Shown here in pieces: positions 1-8,727 of a stretch of DNA of 64,000 nt. The first letter of the stretch is position 1. The number at the start of each line of letters is the position of its first letter. The notes beneath the pieces are model-generated. The model ran no database searches, was not told the origin of the DNA, and saw only the letters and a list, made by a program, of their open reading frames with translations. Position numbers and translations under genes: made by a program. The stretch is from Candidatus Babelota bacterium (GTDB lineage Bacteria; Babelota; Babeliae; Babelales; Vermiphilaceae): the NCBI GenBank assembly GCA_040878395.1, contig JBBDMI010000006.1:67145-131144 (forward strand), given 5' to 3'.

Positions 1-108
1 GATGATACTTATTTTATCCATGTTATAACTCTAATTGAATGTTTACTGTTTTTACTGAGCATAGCATGAATAACAAAACTATAAAAAAATTCAAAAGAAA
101 TTTAATTA

Positions 109-1326
109 TTAATTACTTAAAAGCATATCTTTTAAACAGTCAACAACCTCATCCATAAGCTGAATCCAATTGTTCGGTTCTTTTTGCCTAAACAATCGCA
201 TACTCGGATACCAAGGAGAATCTGATCGATTTTGCAACCAACGCCAATCGGCCGAATAGGGCAGCAATGTCCAAACCGGCAGATACATGGCACCTGCAAC
301 ATGCACAATAGAAGTATCAGCTGAAATAATCAAATCCATCTCTTTCATGACAGAAACAGTATCCATAAATGGACCATGATCTACATCTAAACCTTCAATC
401 ACCTTAAACGGACAATGCGCATCATATTTATTTAATAACTCTTGGCCATCGCCTTTTTGCAAGCTATACACACTCACGCCTGCAATACGAGTTAACGGTT
501 CAAACACTTCGAGCGGAATACAACGTTGCACATACTTATTCTGCTGTAGATTCGACTTGTTTGAATACCAACAAATACCGACTTTAAAATTTGTATCGTT
601 TTTTAATTGTTCATGCCAATGCCGATCTAATGTTGGATCGGAAAAAAGATACGGCATCGGATTTGGAATTGTCTCAACAGATGTTTTGAAAATACGAGGC
701 AAACTGAACATCGGGACACAAACAGCTCCACTATATATAGGATCTTGCATGGTAATGACTTGATCGATATAAGGACATAATGAAAACAGTTTTTGCAATG
801 AACTATGCGTTTGTACCACAATTTTTTTTGCACCGGCTTTTTTAACGTCATGTACATATCGTAAACATTGGATATTATCACCCATGCCCCATTCACTCAG
901 AAGCACCACCTCTTTATCTTCAAAAGAGCGTGGCGTCAACTCAAATAACTTATATTTTTTGTGAATACGCTCAACAGAACCATATCGCCATTCAAAAAAA
1001 TGAAGCCCTTTTTCATAGTGCCCCAATGTAAGTAATGCTTTTGCGCAACCAAACAAAGCATTTTCATGTTTTGGATCACATTCCAATGCTTTTTTATACC
1101 AATGCACTGCCTGATCACACAAACTCAATTGCAATAAAATATAGGCGATATTATAATTTGCATGCACATTTTTTGGATCATGCACAACTGCTTGCGCATA
1201 ATATGGTAATGCGCGCTCAAAATCATCCTGCTTAATGTACGCAAAACCTTGACAGGTCAAATTGGCTATATCAATTGATGCACACACAAAAGAAAAACTG
1301 CATAACAATAAAAATATATATTTCAT
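109..1326 (-). CDS. TPR-repeat / GT9-like (heptosyltransferase-fold) glycosyltransferase fusion with N-terminal signal peptide
   Basis: ORF 109..1368. TPR-like helices (ALPYYAQAVVHDPKNVHANYNIAYILL, AVHWYKKALECDPKHENALF) are followed by GT9-type motifs (WGMGDNIQCLRYV; ISADTSIVHVAGAMYLPVWTLLP). Start moved to Met15 (MKYIFLLLCSFSFVCA), 4 nt after the stop of the upstream gene. Confidence 0.6.
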   Translation of the reverse strand: MKYIFLLLCSFSFVCASIDIANLTCQGFAYIKQDDFERALPYYAQAVVHDPKNVHANYNIAYILLQLSLCDQAVHWYKKALECDPKHENALFGCAKALLTLGHYEKGLHFFEWRYGSVERIHKKYKLFELTPRSFEDKEVVLLSEWGMGDNIQCLRYVHDVKKAGAKKIVVQTHSSLQKLFSLCPYIDQVITMQDPIYSGAVCVPMFSLPRIFKTSVETIPNPMPYLFSDPTLDRHWHEQLKNDTNFKVGICWYSNKSNLQQNKYVQRCIPLEVFEPLTRIAGVSVYSLQKGDGQELLNKYDAHCPFKVIEGLDVDHGPFMDTVSVMKEMDLIISADTSIVHVAGAMYLPVWTLLPYSADWRWLQNRSDSPWYPSMRLFRQKEPNNWIQLMDEVVDCLKDMLLSN

Positions 1327-1330
1327 AAAC

Positions 1331-2521
1331 TCATGCTTCTTTTTGTGCACACAAAAGAACATCATCAAACAACTCTTTCCAGCGGTGCATCATATCTTTT
1401 TTATGCTCTGAGGCAAAAGCTTTTATCTTTTTGCGCATGCTGAAATAATCAGTGTTTTCAATTTTATGCTGCAAGTCTTGCCATGAATCATAATACACAA
1501 TTAACTCTTTATGATCTTTGCAATACCACTCATTGAATTCAAACGTACGGTTTTCCAGCATACTACTCATTACCGGATGAATCGGCGCACCTTCATCTTC
1601 AAGTTGTTTTAAAAAACTGATTGAAGGAACAAAATGTACTAATCCACGATGAAAATCTTCAAACAAACATAAATTTGACCATTGATACGGCCAATACATA
1701 ATACCTTTAAAATCTGCTATATCATTGGTACCATTATAACGACCGGAATATGTTTTAATATTATTTTTTGTGCATTGCTCATTAATGTAATGCATTTGCT
1801 GTTCGTTTAAGCGTGGATATAAAAACACCGTACTTTCTTTATCAACGTGAGCAGGCACCGACCATTTTGGATCTCGATAGCGATTAGTACCCTCTACGAC
1901 ACCAATCGGCTTAATGGTACGCAATCCAATATCCACTCCTTTTTGCAATGCATGGTACCATTCGTATGGTGTATACGAAACTACAAACACATTGTTTTTT
2001 TTTGTTGCTGTACGAAAGAGTTCATAATATGTTTCATCAGGAAAATCTAACGGCTTATGTGAAGGTGAAAAGAAAAAATCAAATCGATTACACACCCAAA
2101 TAATTAATGGCTTTTTCCAATTATCATTTTGTAAAAAAATACGACTTAATGGTGCTGTATCGGAAGTAATAATTGCATCAAACTGATCAAAGTAATCTTT
2201 ATGTTTTTCCCAAACACGCTGTGCACGTTCAGCGGTTATGTTATACACATACAACCCCGCATTTTGTCCTTCAAAATGTTCCAGCGGTTTGTCAAAAATA
2301 AACCATGGTGTTACATCAATATCAAGATCTTTTGCAACACGATCAACCTCTAAAATACATCCTTTATGAAAACCAATATGCAAATATTTAAGTTTGCGTT
2401 CTTTTTTAGTTTCAACCGAACGCTTTGTTAATTGTTGTTGTCCTTGTTGCATATACCACGGAGTAATCGACATCAATCCAAAATGCATGCATAACAAACT
2501 AACTATTAATTGCTTTCTCAT
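1331..2521 (-). CDS. hypothetical exported/anchored protein (faintly GT-B-like C-terminal half)
   Basis: 396-aa ORF, codirectional and tightly spaced with neighbours. Hydrophobic leader MRKQLIVSLLCMHFGLMSI. No motif I can assign with certainty (WPYQWSNLCLFEDFHRGLVHFVPS is only suggestive). Confidence 0.45.
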   Translation of the reverse strand: MRKQLIVSLLCMHFGLMSITPWYMQQGQQQLTKRSVETKKERKLKYLHIGFHKGCILEVDRVAKDLDIDVTPWFIFDKPLEHFEGQNAGLYVYNITAERAQRVWEKHKDYFDQFDAIITSDTAPLSRIFLQNDNWKKPLIIWVCNRFDFFFSPSHKPLDFPDETYYELFRTATKKNNVFVVSYTPYEWYHALQKGVDIGLRTIKPIGVVEGTNRYRDPKWSVPAHVDKESTVFLYPRLNEQQMHYINEQCTKNNIKTYSGRYNGTNDIADFKGIMYWPYQWSNLCLFEDFHRGLVHFVPSISFLKQLEDEGAPIHPVMSSMLENRTFEFNEWYCKDHKELIVYYDSWQDLQHKIENTDYFSMRKKIKAFASEHKKDMMHRWKELFDDVLLCAQKEA

Positions 2522-2546
2522 TCTTTTTCATCCTTTTGTTATTTTA

Positions 2547-3386
2547 TTAATGCTCTAAACAATCCAAATCTAAATCCTGCAATAACCATAAACCCATTGC
2601 TTTACGCTGAACACGTGTTTCTTTTTCTGCAGTTTTTTCCTCAATCAATACAACCGGATGAGACAAATTAAATGGTGATTTTGTCAGATCATAAGGCATA
2701 TGATGACCAGTGTGTTTTTCCTGATTCAATTCAGTATCCAAATGAGTCGACATTAATAGAAATTGTGAACCACTTGCTTTCATATTGCGCAATAAATTAC
2801 ATGCATCAGCATAATTTAAATGTGCCAATACATCACGACATATTATCATATCCGCTTGAGGTAGCGGATCTTTGGTACTGTCTAAGCATAAAAAGTGATG
2901 ATTCTCATCTGTAAAATGTTCACGATTTTTTGCGATCATTTCTGGAACAATATCCACACCTAAATAATGACACTTTTTCAAATCAACTGTTTGCATCCAA
3001 TAATAATCACCGCAACCAATATCCAAAATCGTATCTATTTTTAATGTATCACATAATGTAGCAAGTTCATTACGGACTATTTCAGTTGAAGACAAACTTG
3101 AACCTTGACCGGAACGAGATTTGTCACCTAACCAATAATTGGTATGATAAATTTCAGCAAAAACATCGGTCATATTTTTATGCGCAAAATCTTGAGTCAT
3201 TTGATAACGATCCGGTGGTGTCACCATGTGCGACATATGCACATTGCATAATTCTTGATCAGTTTTACTTTTGATCGGAGCAACATAGGTATTTGTTTGT
3301 TTTTCAAATGCTGTATTGCGGCCTACCGTTACCAATCCAAATGCCTGACTTGAAATGAATAATATTATGAATATTTTTTTTTGCAT
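2547..3386 (-). CDS. class I SAM-dependent methyltransferase with signal peptide
   Basis: Motif I ILDIGCGDYYWM and ADMIICRDVLAHLNY. Paralogous to 9799..10470 and 23485..24165. Start set at Met10 (MQKKIFIILFISSQAFG), preceded by AAGGA about 7 nt upstream. Confidence 0.65.
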   Translation of the reverse strand: MQKKIFIILFISSQAFGLVTVGRNTAFEKQTNTYVAPIKSKTDQELCNVHMSHMVTPPDRYQMTQDFAHKNMTDVFAEIYHTNYWLGDKSRSGQGSSLSSTEIVRNELATLCDTLKIDTILDIGCGDYYWMQTVDLKKCHYLGVDIVPEMIAKNREHFTDENHHFLCLDSTKDPLPQADMIICRDVLAHLNYADACNLLRNMKASGSQFLLMSTHLDTELNQEKHTGHHMPYDLTKSPFNLSHPVVLIEEKTAEKETRVQRKAMGLWLLQDLDLDCLEH

Positions 3387-3482
3387 GATTTCATCCTTTT
3401 TATATGTATACATATCTTTATTCGAACATTTTTCGCATTTTTCTAATAGTTTTTTACGTTAATACACCTAGCTTTTTCTTCC

Positions 3483-3551
3483 TTTTGTCATTCCTGCGAA
3501 GGCAGGAATCTATAATTATTATGGATTCCTGTCTTCACAGGAATGACAAAA
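3483..3551. repeat. short palindromic element (two inverted arms) of the TTTGTCAT-hairpin repeat family
   Basis: ttttgtcattcctgcgaaggcaggaatc ... ggattcctgtcttcacaggaatgacaaaa. Each arm is itself an 8-bp hairpin (attcctgc/gcaggaat and attcctgt/acaggaat), and the arms are inverted relative to each other. Confidence 0.8.
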
Positions 3552-3619
3552 TAAAACCTATTTAATAACCTTTTTCACCTTCGAAGGCAACTCAAAAACC
3601 TGATCATACTCGAGCCATA

Positions 3620-5188
3620 TCATCTAAACTTAAGCTTTTTCATAGCAAGTGCACACATCCCAAGCAAAATCCACAAACAGTAAAATTTACGGATTTGCGT
3701 TGTACCATAGGTACGATCTTTATAATGCACCGGCATATCAACAATTTTTAAATTCAATTTAGCAGCACCAAAAAGCAGATCAAAATCACCAAAAGGATCA
3801 AAGTTGCCAAAAAATGAACGATTACGCGCAATCAATTGATAATCCTCTTTCCACAATACTTTTGTACCACATAATGTGTCTTTTACTCTTTGGCCCAATA
3901 ACCATGAAAAAAGACGACCAAAAAAGTAATTTGCAAAAAAACCTAATAAACGCATTGCACCGGTTTCCATGTTGTATACCAAACGAGAACCATTAATGCA
4001 TTCACCTTTATTTTCAATCAATGCATAATAAAATTTGGGAATTTCTTCCGGTGGAGCGGTTAAATCGGCATCTAAAATCATAACAATATCACCAATAGCA
4101 TAATCAAAACCCAAACGAACAGCATCGCCTTTGCCTTTGCCCTTTTGCACATGAATAGAAATTGATCTATCCGGATATTTTTTTGCAACACGCTTCATTT
4201 CATCCAATGTACCATCAACTGAGTTGCCATCTACAAAAATTAATTCCGTAAACTTTCCCATTTGTGGCGTACGTTTTACCGCAGCTTCGATATTACCTTT
4301 TTCATTCTTACACGGAATCACCACAGAAACGGTATAATCCTGCGCATCACGCTTAATGAACATCGGACGTGCAACAATTGATTGATGCAAACATAAACGA
4401 TTTATGCCAGGAATATGTTTTATGAAAGCGTTAAACAGTGTAGAAATTAACGGGATATATACCGGCAACAACATAAAATGTGATTGGTGTACAACTTGAT
4501 AATTTGAAAGATAAAGAACATGTGCAATATCTTCTTGTGTGAGCCAATTTTTGAATTCTGTTTTTCGACGCAATCCGATCTTTTGTGTTAAACGTAAAAT
4601 AGGTTCCCAAATAGATGAATATGAATCAATAACAATGCGTGTGCCCGCATGACAAAAAGGTTTTAATGATTCAAATAACGCCTGAATATCATACGTATCC
4701 ATAGTAATTGATGAAAGCATAATATAATCAAATGGCTCTTTTTCATCTAAATCTGCAATGGTACCGGTATAAAAATGATGGCGAGAATAAGTTTCCTTAG
4801 CTTCTTGAATCACCATAGGATCCACATCAACACCAACGCCATAACTTGGTTTTACCGCATCGAGTAAATAACCATTTTTGCATTGCAATGCCAAAACACG
4901 CATTCCCTCAGGAATAGTAAACCGATAGAATTTTTTCAATCTATGATGATAATAATGATTTTTTTCAAGCCAATACGAAAACGGTTTATAATCTTCAGGT
5001 ATTTTTTTTAGCGCTCGTTGTTTAGGCACATCTTGATTCAACGAACCTTGGCTCAACGAATCTTGATTCAGCGGATCGTGATTCAGCGGATCGTGATCAA
5101 AATGATGTAACTGATCTTTTATAGGCTCTTTTTTTGTTTTTTGCTTTTCTTGAATTCCCATTACATTCATAACCTTTATGTTTTGCAC
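3620..5188 (-). CDS. bifunctional methyltransferase / GT2 polyprenyl-phosphate glycosyltransferase-like protein (DPM1/GtrB/ArnC-like C-terminal half with TM helices)
   Basis: The N-terminal half resembles a class I MTase (RVLALQCKNGYLLD, FDYIMLSSITMD). The C-terminal half has VSVVIPCKNEKGNIE, FVDGNSVDGT, GKGDAV, ILDADLTAPPEEIP and GSRL, typical of the GT2 DPM1/GtrB type. Hydrophobic segments (LLGFFANYFFGRLFSWLLG, FYCLWILLGMCALAM). No signal peptide. Confidence 0.7.
   Translation of the reverse strand: MQNIKVMNVMGIQEKQKTKKEPIKDQLHHFDHDPLNHDPLNQDSLSQGSLNQDVPKQRALKKIPEDYKPFSYWLEKNHYYHHRLKKFYRFTIPEGMRVLALQCKNGYLLDAVKPSYGVGVDVDPMVIQEAKETYSRHHFYTGTIADLDEKEPFDYIMLSSITMDTYDIQALFESLKPFCHAGTRIVIDSYSSIWEPILRLTQKIGLRRKTEFKNWLTQEDIAHVLYLSNYQVVHQSHFMLLPVYIPLISTLFNAFIKHIPGINRLCLHQSIVARPMFIKRDAQDYTVSVVIPCKNEKGNIEAAVKRTPQMGKFTELIFVDGNSVDGTLDEMKRVAKKYPDRSISIHVQKGKGKGDAVRLGFDYAIGDIVMILDADLTAPPEEIPKFYYALIENKGECINGSRLVYNMETGAMRLLGFFANYFFGRLFSWLLGQRVKDTLCGTKVLWKEDYQLIARNRSFFGNFDPFGDFDLLFGAAKLNLKIVDMPVHYKDRTYGTTQIRKFYCLWILLGMCALAMKKLKFR
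5031..5100 (-). repeat. in-frame 15-bp tandem repeat (~4.5 units) encoding a pentapeptide repeat D/G-P/S-L-N/S-H/Q
   Basis: tcttgattca|acgaaccttggctca|acgaatcttgattca|gcggatcgtgattca|gcggatcgtgatcaa. This translates (minus strand) to HDPLNHDPLNQDSLSQGSLNQD near the N-terminus of the MT-GT2 fusion. Confidence 0.8.
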
Positions 5189-5263
5189 ATACTACACTCT
5201 CGGCACCTATGCTACACTTTTTTTGTAATTTGGCCAATACCAATTACAGACTCACCATTGTAT

Positions 5264-6097
5264 TTACGCGTGCAAAGCGTCCTGCAAGAAACGCTTATAA
5301 TAATCAACAGGATTTAAATTTGATGGTTTTCGCGTGACATTATAATCTTTATCATCAAATGCAATAATCTTCTTTTGATATGGTGACTGCCAATGATCAA
5401 AATGACAATACGCCGGTGACAAAATCTTGGTCGGTTCAAAATCAATAAAATAACGATTGATATGACTTTCATCATTTGCCCAAGCAACATAACCTCGTGC
5501 CAAATCAATATGTATACGCTCACTTGCTGTTTGAGTCAACTGTATAAAGGCATCTTTTGTTCCCCCATAAAACGCACCGGCATAATAATGCACTCCCTCA
5601 TTTGCATGCACATATGCGGTGGAAATAGGATTTGCTTCATATGGTTTTATCATATCAAACAAATGCACTGATAATATAGTCGCAACGCGATCAGACAAAA
5701 TTTCATCCCCTACTGCTTGCCCAAATGCCATATCAGCATCAATTGCATACACATAATCTAAATGAGCAAATTTATCTTTATTTTTATAGTATATTTCAAA
5801 ACGCATCATACTATCATATGGCCATCCCATCTGCTCTTGATACACAGTTGTACATTTTTTGTGTTCATAAGGACTATCGGTAAAAACAAAATAAGTTACA
5901 TCATGATTGGATAAAAAATAAGCATCTGCCGAATGTAATAATCTATCAACATACTGAATATAATTACCGGTAGCCATGACACAAAGGCCCACTTTTTTTT
6001 TATCATTAACGAGTATCTTTTGCTCATGTAAAACAAAAGTATGAAAACCCCAAAGACTCATTAATAAACTGGACACTAACAGTATATTTTTTTTCAT
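5264..6097 (-). CDS. GT6-family glycosyltransferase (histo-blood-group ABO / alpha-1,3-Gal(NAc) transferase-like) with signal anchor
   Basis: AWANDESHINRYFIDFEPTKILSPAYC matches the GT6 signature (human GTA: WHDESHLNKYLL..KPTKVLSPEY). DXD-type motif YAIDADMAF. Leader MKKNILLVSSLLMSLWGF. Confidence 0.75.
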   Translation of the reverse strand: MKKNILLVSSLLMSLWGFHTFVLHEQKILVNDKKKVGLCVMATGNYIQYVDRLLHSADAYFLSNHDVTYFVFTDSPYEHKKCTTVYQEQMGWPYDSMMRFEIYYKNKDKFAHLDYVYAIDADMAFGQAVGDEILSDRVATILSVHLFDMIKPYEANPISTAYVHANEGVHYYAGAFYGGTKDAFIQLTQTASERIHIDLARGYVAWANDESHINRYFIDFEPTKILSPAYCHFDHWQSPYQKKIIAFDDKDYNVTRKPSNLNPVDYYKRFLQDALHA

Positions 6098-6202
6098 TTA
6101 ATCACCTTTTTATTCTATAGGAATGCCAGGGCAAACGCATTTAAAATTAAAGTTTAAAGGCATTTTTTAAGTATGATCCATCACTCTTTACAACAAAAAA
6201 TA

Positions 6203-6384
6203 TTTTTCTATTTTGTCATCCCTGAAGGGGATCCAGGCCAATGAAACTCTTAATAATCAAAGGAATATTATCAGAATAAGTCTAAAATAATTCGTAAAAA
6301 ATTATAAAATTATTCTGGCAGAATCTCTCTTAGGATTATACCGGTTACCGCTGGATCCCCTTCAGGGATGACAAAATAGAAAAA
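6203..6384. mobile_element. MITE-like non-autonomous element with perfect 34-bp terminal inverted repeats
   Basis: Left end tttttctattttgtcatccctgaaggggatccag (6203-6236) is the exact reverse complement of 6351-6384. The internal AT-rich core (aataatcaaaggaatattatca...ataccggttaccgctgg) recurs in inverted orientation at 47102..47295. It has no ORF and lies in a divergent intergenic region. Confidence 0.8.
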
Positions 6385-6470
6385 CATTTCATTAATAACG
6401 CCGCACTATTTTACAAATGCGCGATCTCACATTACCATAAATAAAAAGGCTTTTACACAGGAAATTATCG

Positions 6471-7259
6471 ATGAACATAAAAAAAACCGTATTCATATCG
6501 TTATTATTTATTTTCGCCCAATCACATGCAGTTAAAATAGTCACCACCGGTGCACCAAAATCCGGCATTCAAATACTTGCCAATTGCATAAAAGAGATCA
6601 CCAACATAAAAAAAAGCGCCAATATAAAAGGTGACATGTTGCTCGATGCAAAACAGATGCAACAATATGATTTGATTATAGGAACACCGGTATATAATGA
6701 GCGTAATCTGAATATAATTGCAAAACATAATGCAAAAGTCATATACATCATACGCGATCCACGCGATCAAATTGCCTCTACCGCACAAACCATCTATACT
6801 TATCGCTCTCACATTCCAGCAGCAAAAAATAAAAGTCAAAATCAAATAATAGATGAACTTATCACAAATGGTTCAGCATTTTATGCCTATCAATATCCAT
6901 ACCCTGAGGTTAAACAGGTAAAAGGAATCGTGGATCTTTATAGTTTCTGGCTCCCCTGGATTGAACATCCAAACACAATTGTGGTAACCTTTGAACATCT
7001 CTCGGGCGCATATGGCTCACATGCTCAACAAAAAGAGATCCAACATATCGCCACATTTTTGAATATTCCATGCACGGCACAAAAAGCAACTAAAATTGGC
7101 AACAGCCTGCAAAGTGGCGGCCTGTTTGGACTGTTCAAAAAACAACCGAAAGTTGGCAATTGGAAAAACATGTTTAATGCGCAACACAGAAACAAATGCA
7201 AAAATATTGCAGGTCAATTATTAATTGATCTCGGTTATGAAACAGACGTAAACTGGTAA
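6471..7259 (+). CDS. sulfotransferase (PAPS-dependent fold) with signal peptide
   Basis: 5'-PSB-like TTGAPKSGIQ and 3'-PB-like YIIRDPRDQIAS. C-terminal LLIDLGYE is shared with paralogs at 11129 and 20573. Leader MNIKKTVFISLLFIFAQSHA. Confidence 0.75.
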   Translation: MNIKKTVFISLLFIFAQSHAVKIVTTGAPKSGIQILANCIKEITNIKKSANIKGDMLLDAKQMQQYDLIIGTPVYNERNLNIIAKHNAKVIYIIRDPRDQIASTAQTIYTYRSHIPAAKNKSQNQIIDELITNGSAFYAYQYPYPEVKQVKGIVDLYSFWLPWIEHPNTIVVTFEHLSGAYGSHAQQKEIQHIATFLNIPCTAQKATKIGNSLQSGGLFGLFKKQPKVGNWKNMFNAQHRNKCKNIAGQLLIDLGYETDVNW

Positions 7260-7268
7260 CAGAACATT

Positions 7269-7934
7269 ATGCTGCAATTAAAAACGCATAATCTATTCAA
7301 TCAATTAAAAGAAATAATTCCTGACAATATCACGATCGTTGAAGGCGGTGCCTTTCGCGGCCATGAAACCATTGCAATGGCAAAAGCATGGCCGAACAGC
7401 ACTATCTATACATTCGAGCCGGTTCCGGAATTATACAAAATATTACAAGATAACACCGCACGATTTAGCAACATTCATTGCTTTAATCTCGCATTAAGCA
7501 ATCAAAATGGTACGGCACAATTTTGGCCATCTGAACACCCAAAAAAAGTTGGCGTCCATTCACAAGCCGGCTCACTTCTGGCACCAAAAGAACGTTTAAA
7601 ATGGTCAAACATAAAATTCAAAGACCCTTTTGAAGTGGGCACTATCACCTTGAACAAATGGGCAAAACAACAGAACATTAACAACATAGATTTTCTTTGG
7701 CTTGACCTACAGGGCTATGAACTTCCGGTCATGCAAGCTGCCCCTGAAATTCTACAACAGGTAAAGTATCTCTATACTGAAGTGCATTTCGTTGAAGCTT
7801 ATGCAGACCAAAAACAACACACTGAAGTAATTGATTGGATTGAACAACAAGATTTTACCATGATCGGCAAAGACTACCTCAACACCTCCAGCTGGTTTTT
7901 TGGTAATGTATTATTTGAGCGAAATCAATCATAA
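7269..7934 (+). CDS. FkbM-family methyltransferase
   Basis: VEGGAFRGHETIAMAK, TIYTFEPVPELYKIL, NLALSNQNGTAQFW, IDFLWLDLQGYELPVM. These are FkbM (Methyltransf_21)-like. No leader peptide. Confidence 0.7.
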   Translation: MLQLKTHNLFNQLKEIIPDNITIVEGGAFRGHETIAMAKAWPNSTIYTFEPVPELYKILQDNTARFSNIHCFNLALSNQNGTAQFWPSEHPKKVGVHSQAGSLLAPKERLKWSNIKFKDPFEVGTITLNKWAKQQNINNIDFLWLDLQGYELPVMQAAPEILQQVKYLYTEVHFVEAYADQKQHTEVIDWIEQQDFTMIGKDYLNTSSWFFGNVLFERNQS

Positions 7935-8017
7935 GCTCTTTAATTCGACATTGATTCCAATACGTCTTTCCTAACAAACAAAGCATTGGCAAATCGACCA
8001 CCTAGAGATTGCCATAC

Positions 8018-8512
8018 TTAATGAAAGCCATGCCTTTTCAAAAATGCTTTTAAATAAATATATTTACATGAAGTTTCTCGAATTTTGCAAAAAGAAATTT
8101 CTGTATAAATTGCTTTGACCGTATGCAAAATATCTAAAGATTTTTGCAAAACACAAAGCTCATTACCTTCCATATCAAGCCACATAAAATCAATATGAGA
8201 AATATTATTTTTGGTAGCCCAATCGTTTATAGTGACACACGGAACTTGAATAGGCGTTTTATCAAATGCATGCTCATTCCAATGCAGGACAACCAATAGA
8301 AGAAAAGGTATTTTTCCTGAATAATTTGTAAGTGCATATGGATAACGAATGACATCAGATAAGTTTTCAGTTTCTTTTTCCATTACTTCAAATGAACTGG
8401 GAAGTGGTTCAAAAACATGTACCTCTGCATCAGGAAATATATGTTTTATTCTAATGGTATCTTCACCAAAATACCCTCCCGATTCCAAAACAATAGGAGA
8501 ATACGGCAACAT
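8018..8512 (-). CDS. FkbM-family methyltransferase, short form (possibly truncated)
   Basis: ESGGYFGEDTIRI, VHVFEPLPSSFEVM, YALTNYSGKIPF, IDFMWLDMEGNELCVL. About 55 aa shorter than the paralog at 7269. An in-frame stop lies 9 codons upstream of the ATG. Confidence 0.5.
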   Translation of the reverse strand: MLPYSPIVLESGGYFGEDTIRIKHIFPDAEVHVFEPLPSSFEVMEKETENLSDVIRYPYALTNYSGKIPFLLLVVLHWNEHAFDKTPIQVPCVTINDWATKNNISHIDFMWLDMEGNELCVLQKSLDILHTVKAIYTEISFCKIRETSCKYIYLKAFLKRHGFH

Positions 8513-8727
8513 TTTTTCACATATAAAAACATATTGTCAGGATTCTTAAAAGATGGGTTACATGACACTTAAACAAATAATAAAGCAAATAGCGGTAATG
8601 TTTTAGAATGACCAACATTTAGCTGCATTTTTTCCTTTTTTTAAAATTTTCAATCTTTTAGCCTAAAATAAAACGATGAATTATATACACAAAATATAAC
8701 TAAAACAATAAATTAAACATAATATTC

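Noticed and set aside
5031-5100. Short direct repeats that might have indicated a CRISPR array or satellite.
   Set aside because: The units are 15 bp, contiguous with no spacers, in frame, and inside a well-supported CDS. No other regularly spaced repeat-spacer structure was seen anywhere in the window.
5993-6001. Homopolymeric A/T tracts of 8-9 nt inside or at the 5' ends of glycosyltransferase genes (for example 5993-6001, 1995-2003, 6479-6486, 17033-17040, 32741-32768), considered as phase-variation switches.
   Set aside because: Tracts of this length are expected in an AT-rich genome whose leaders are rich in Lys (AAA) and Phe (TTT). None is exceptionally long and I see no frameshifted paralog attributable to them. 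Strain or read-level length variation would be needed to claim phase variation.
8018-8512. Calling the short FkbM-like gene a frameshifted pseudogene.
   Set aside because: The ORF is uninterrupted and keeps the main FkbM blocks. The frame upstream closes with a stop 9 codons before the ATG, so no disrupted N-terminal extension is visible. It is kept as a short CDS with reduced confidence.
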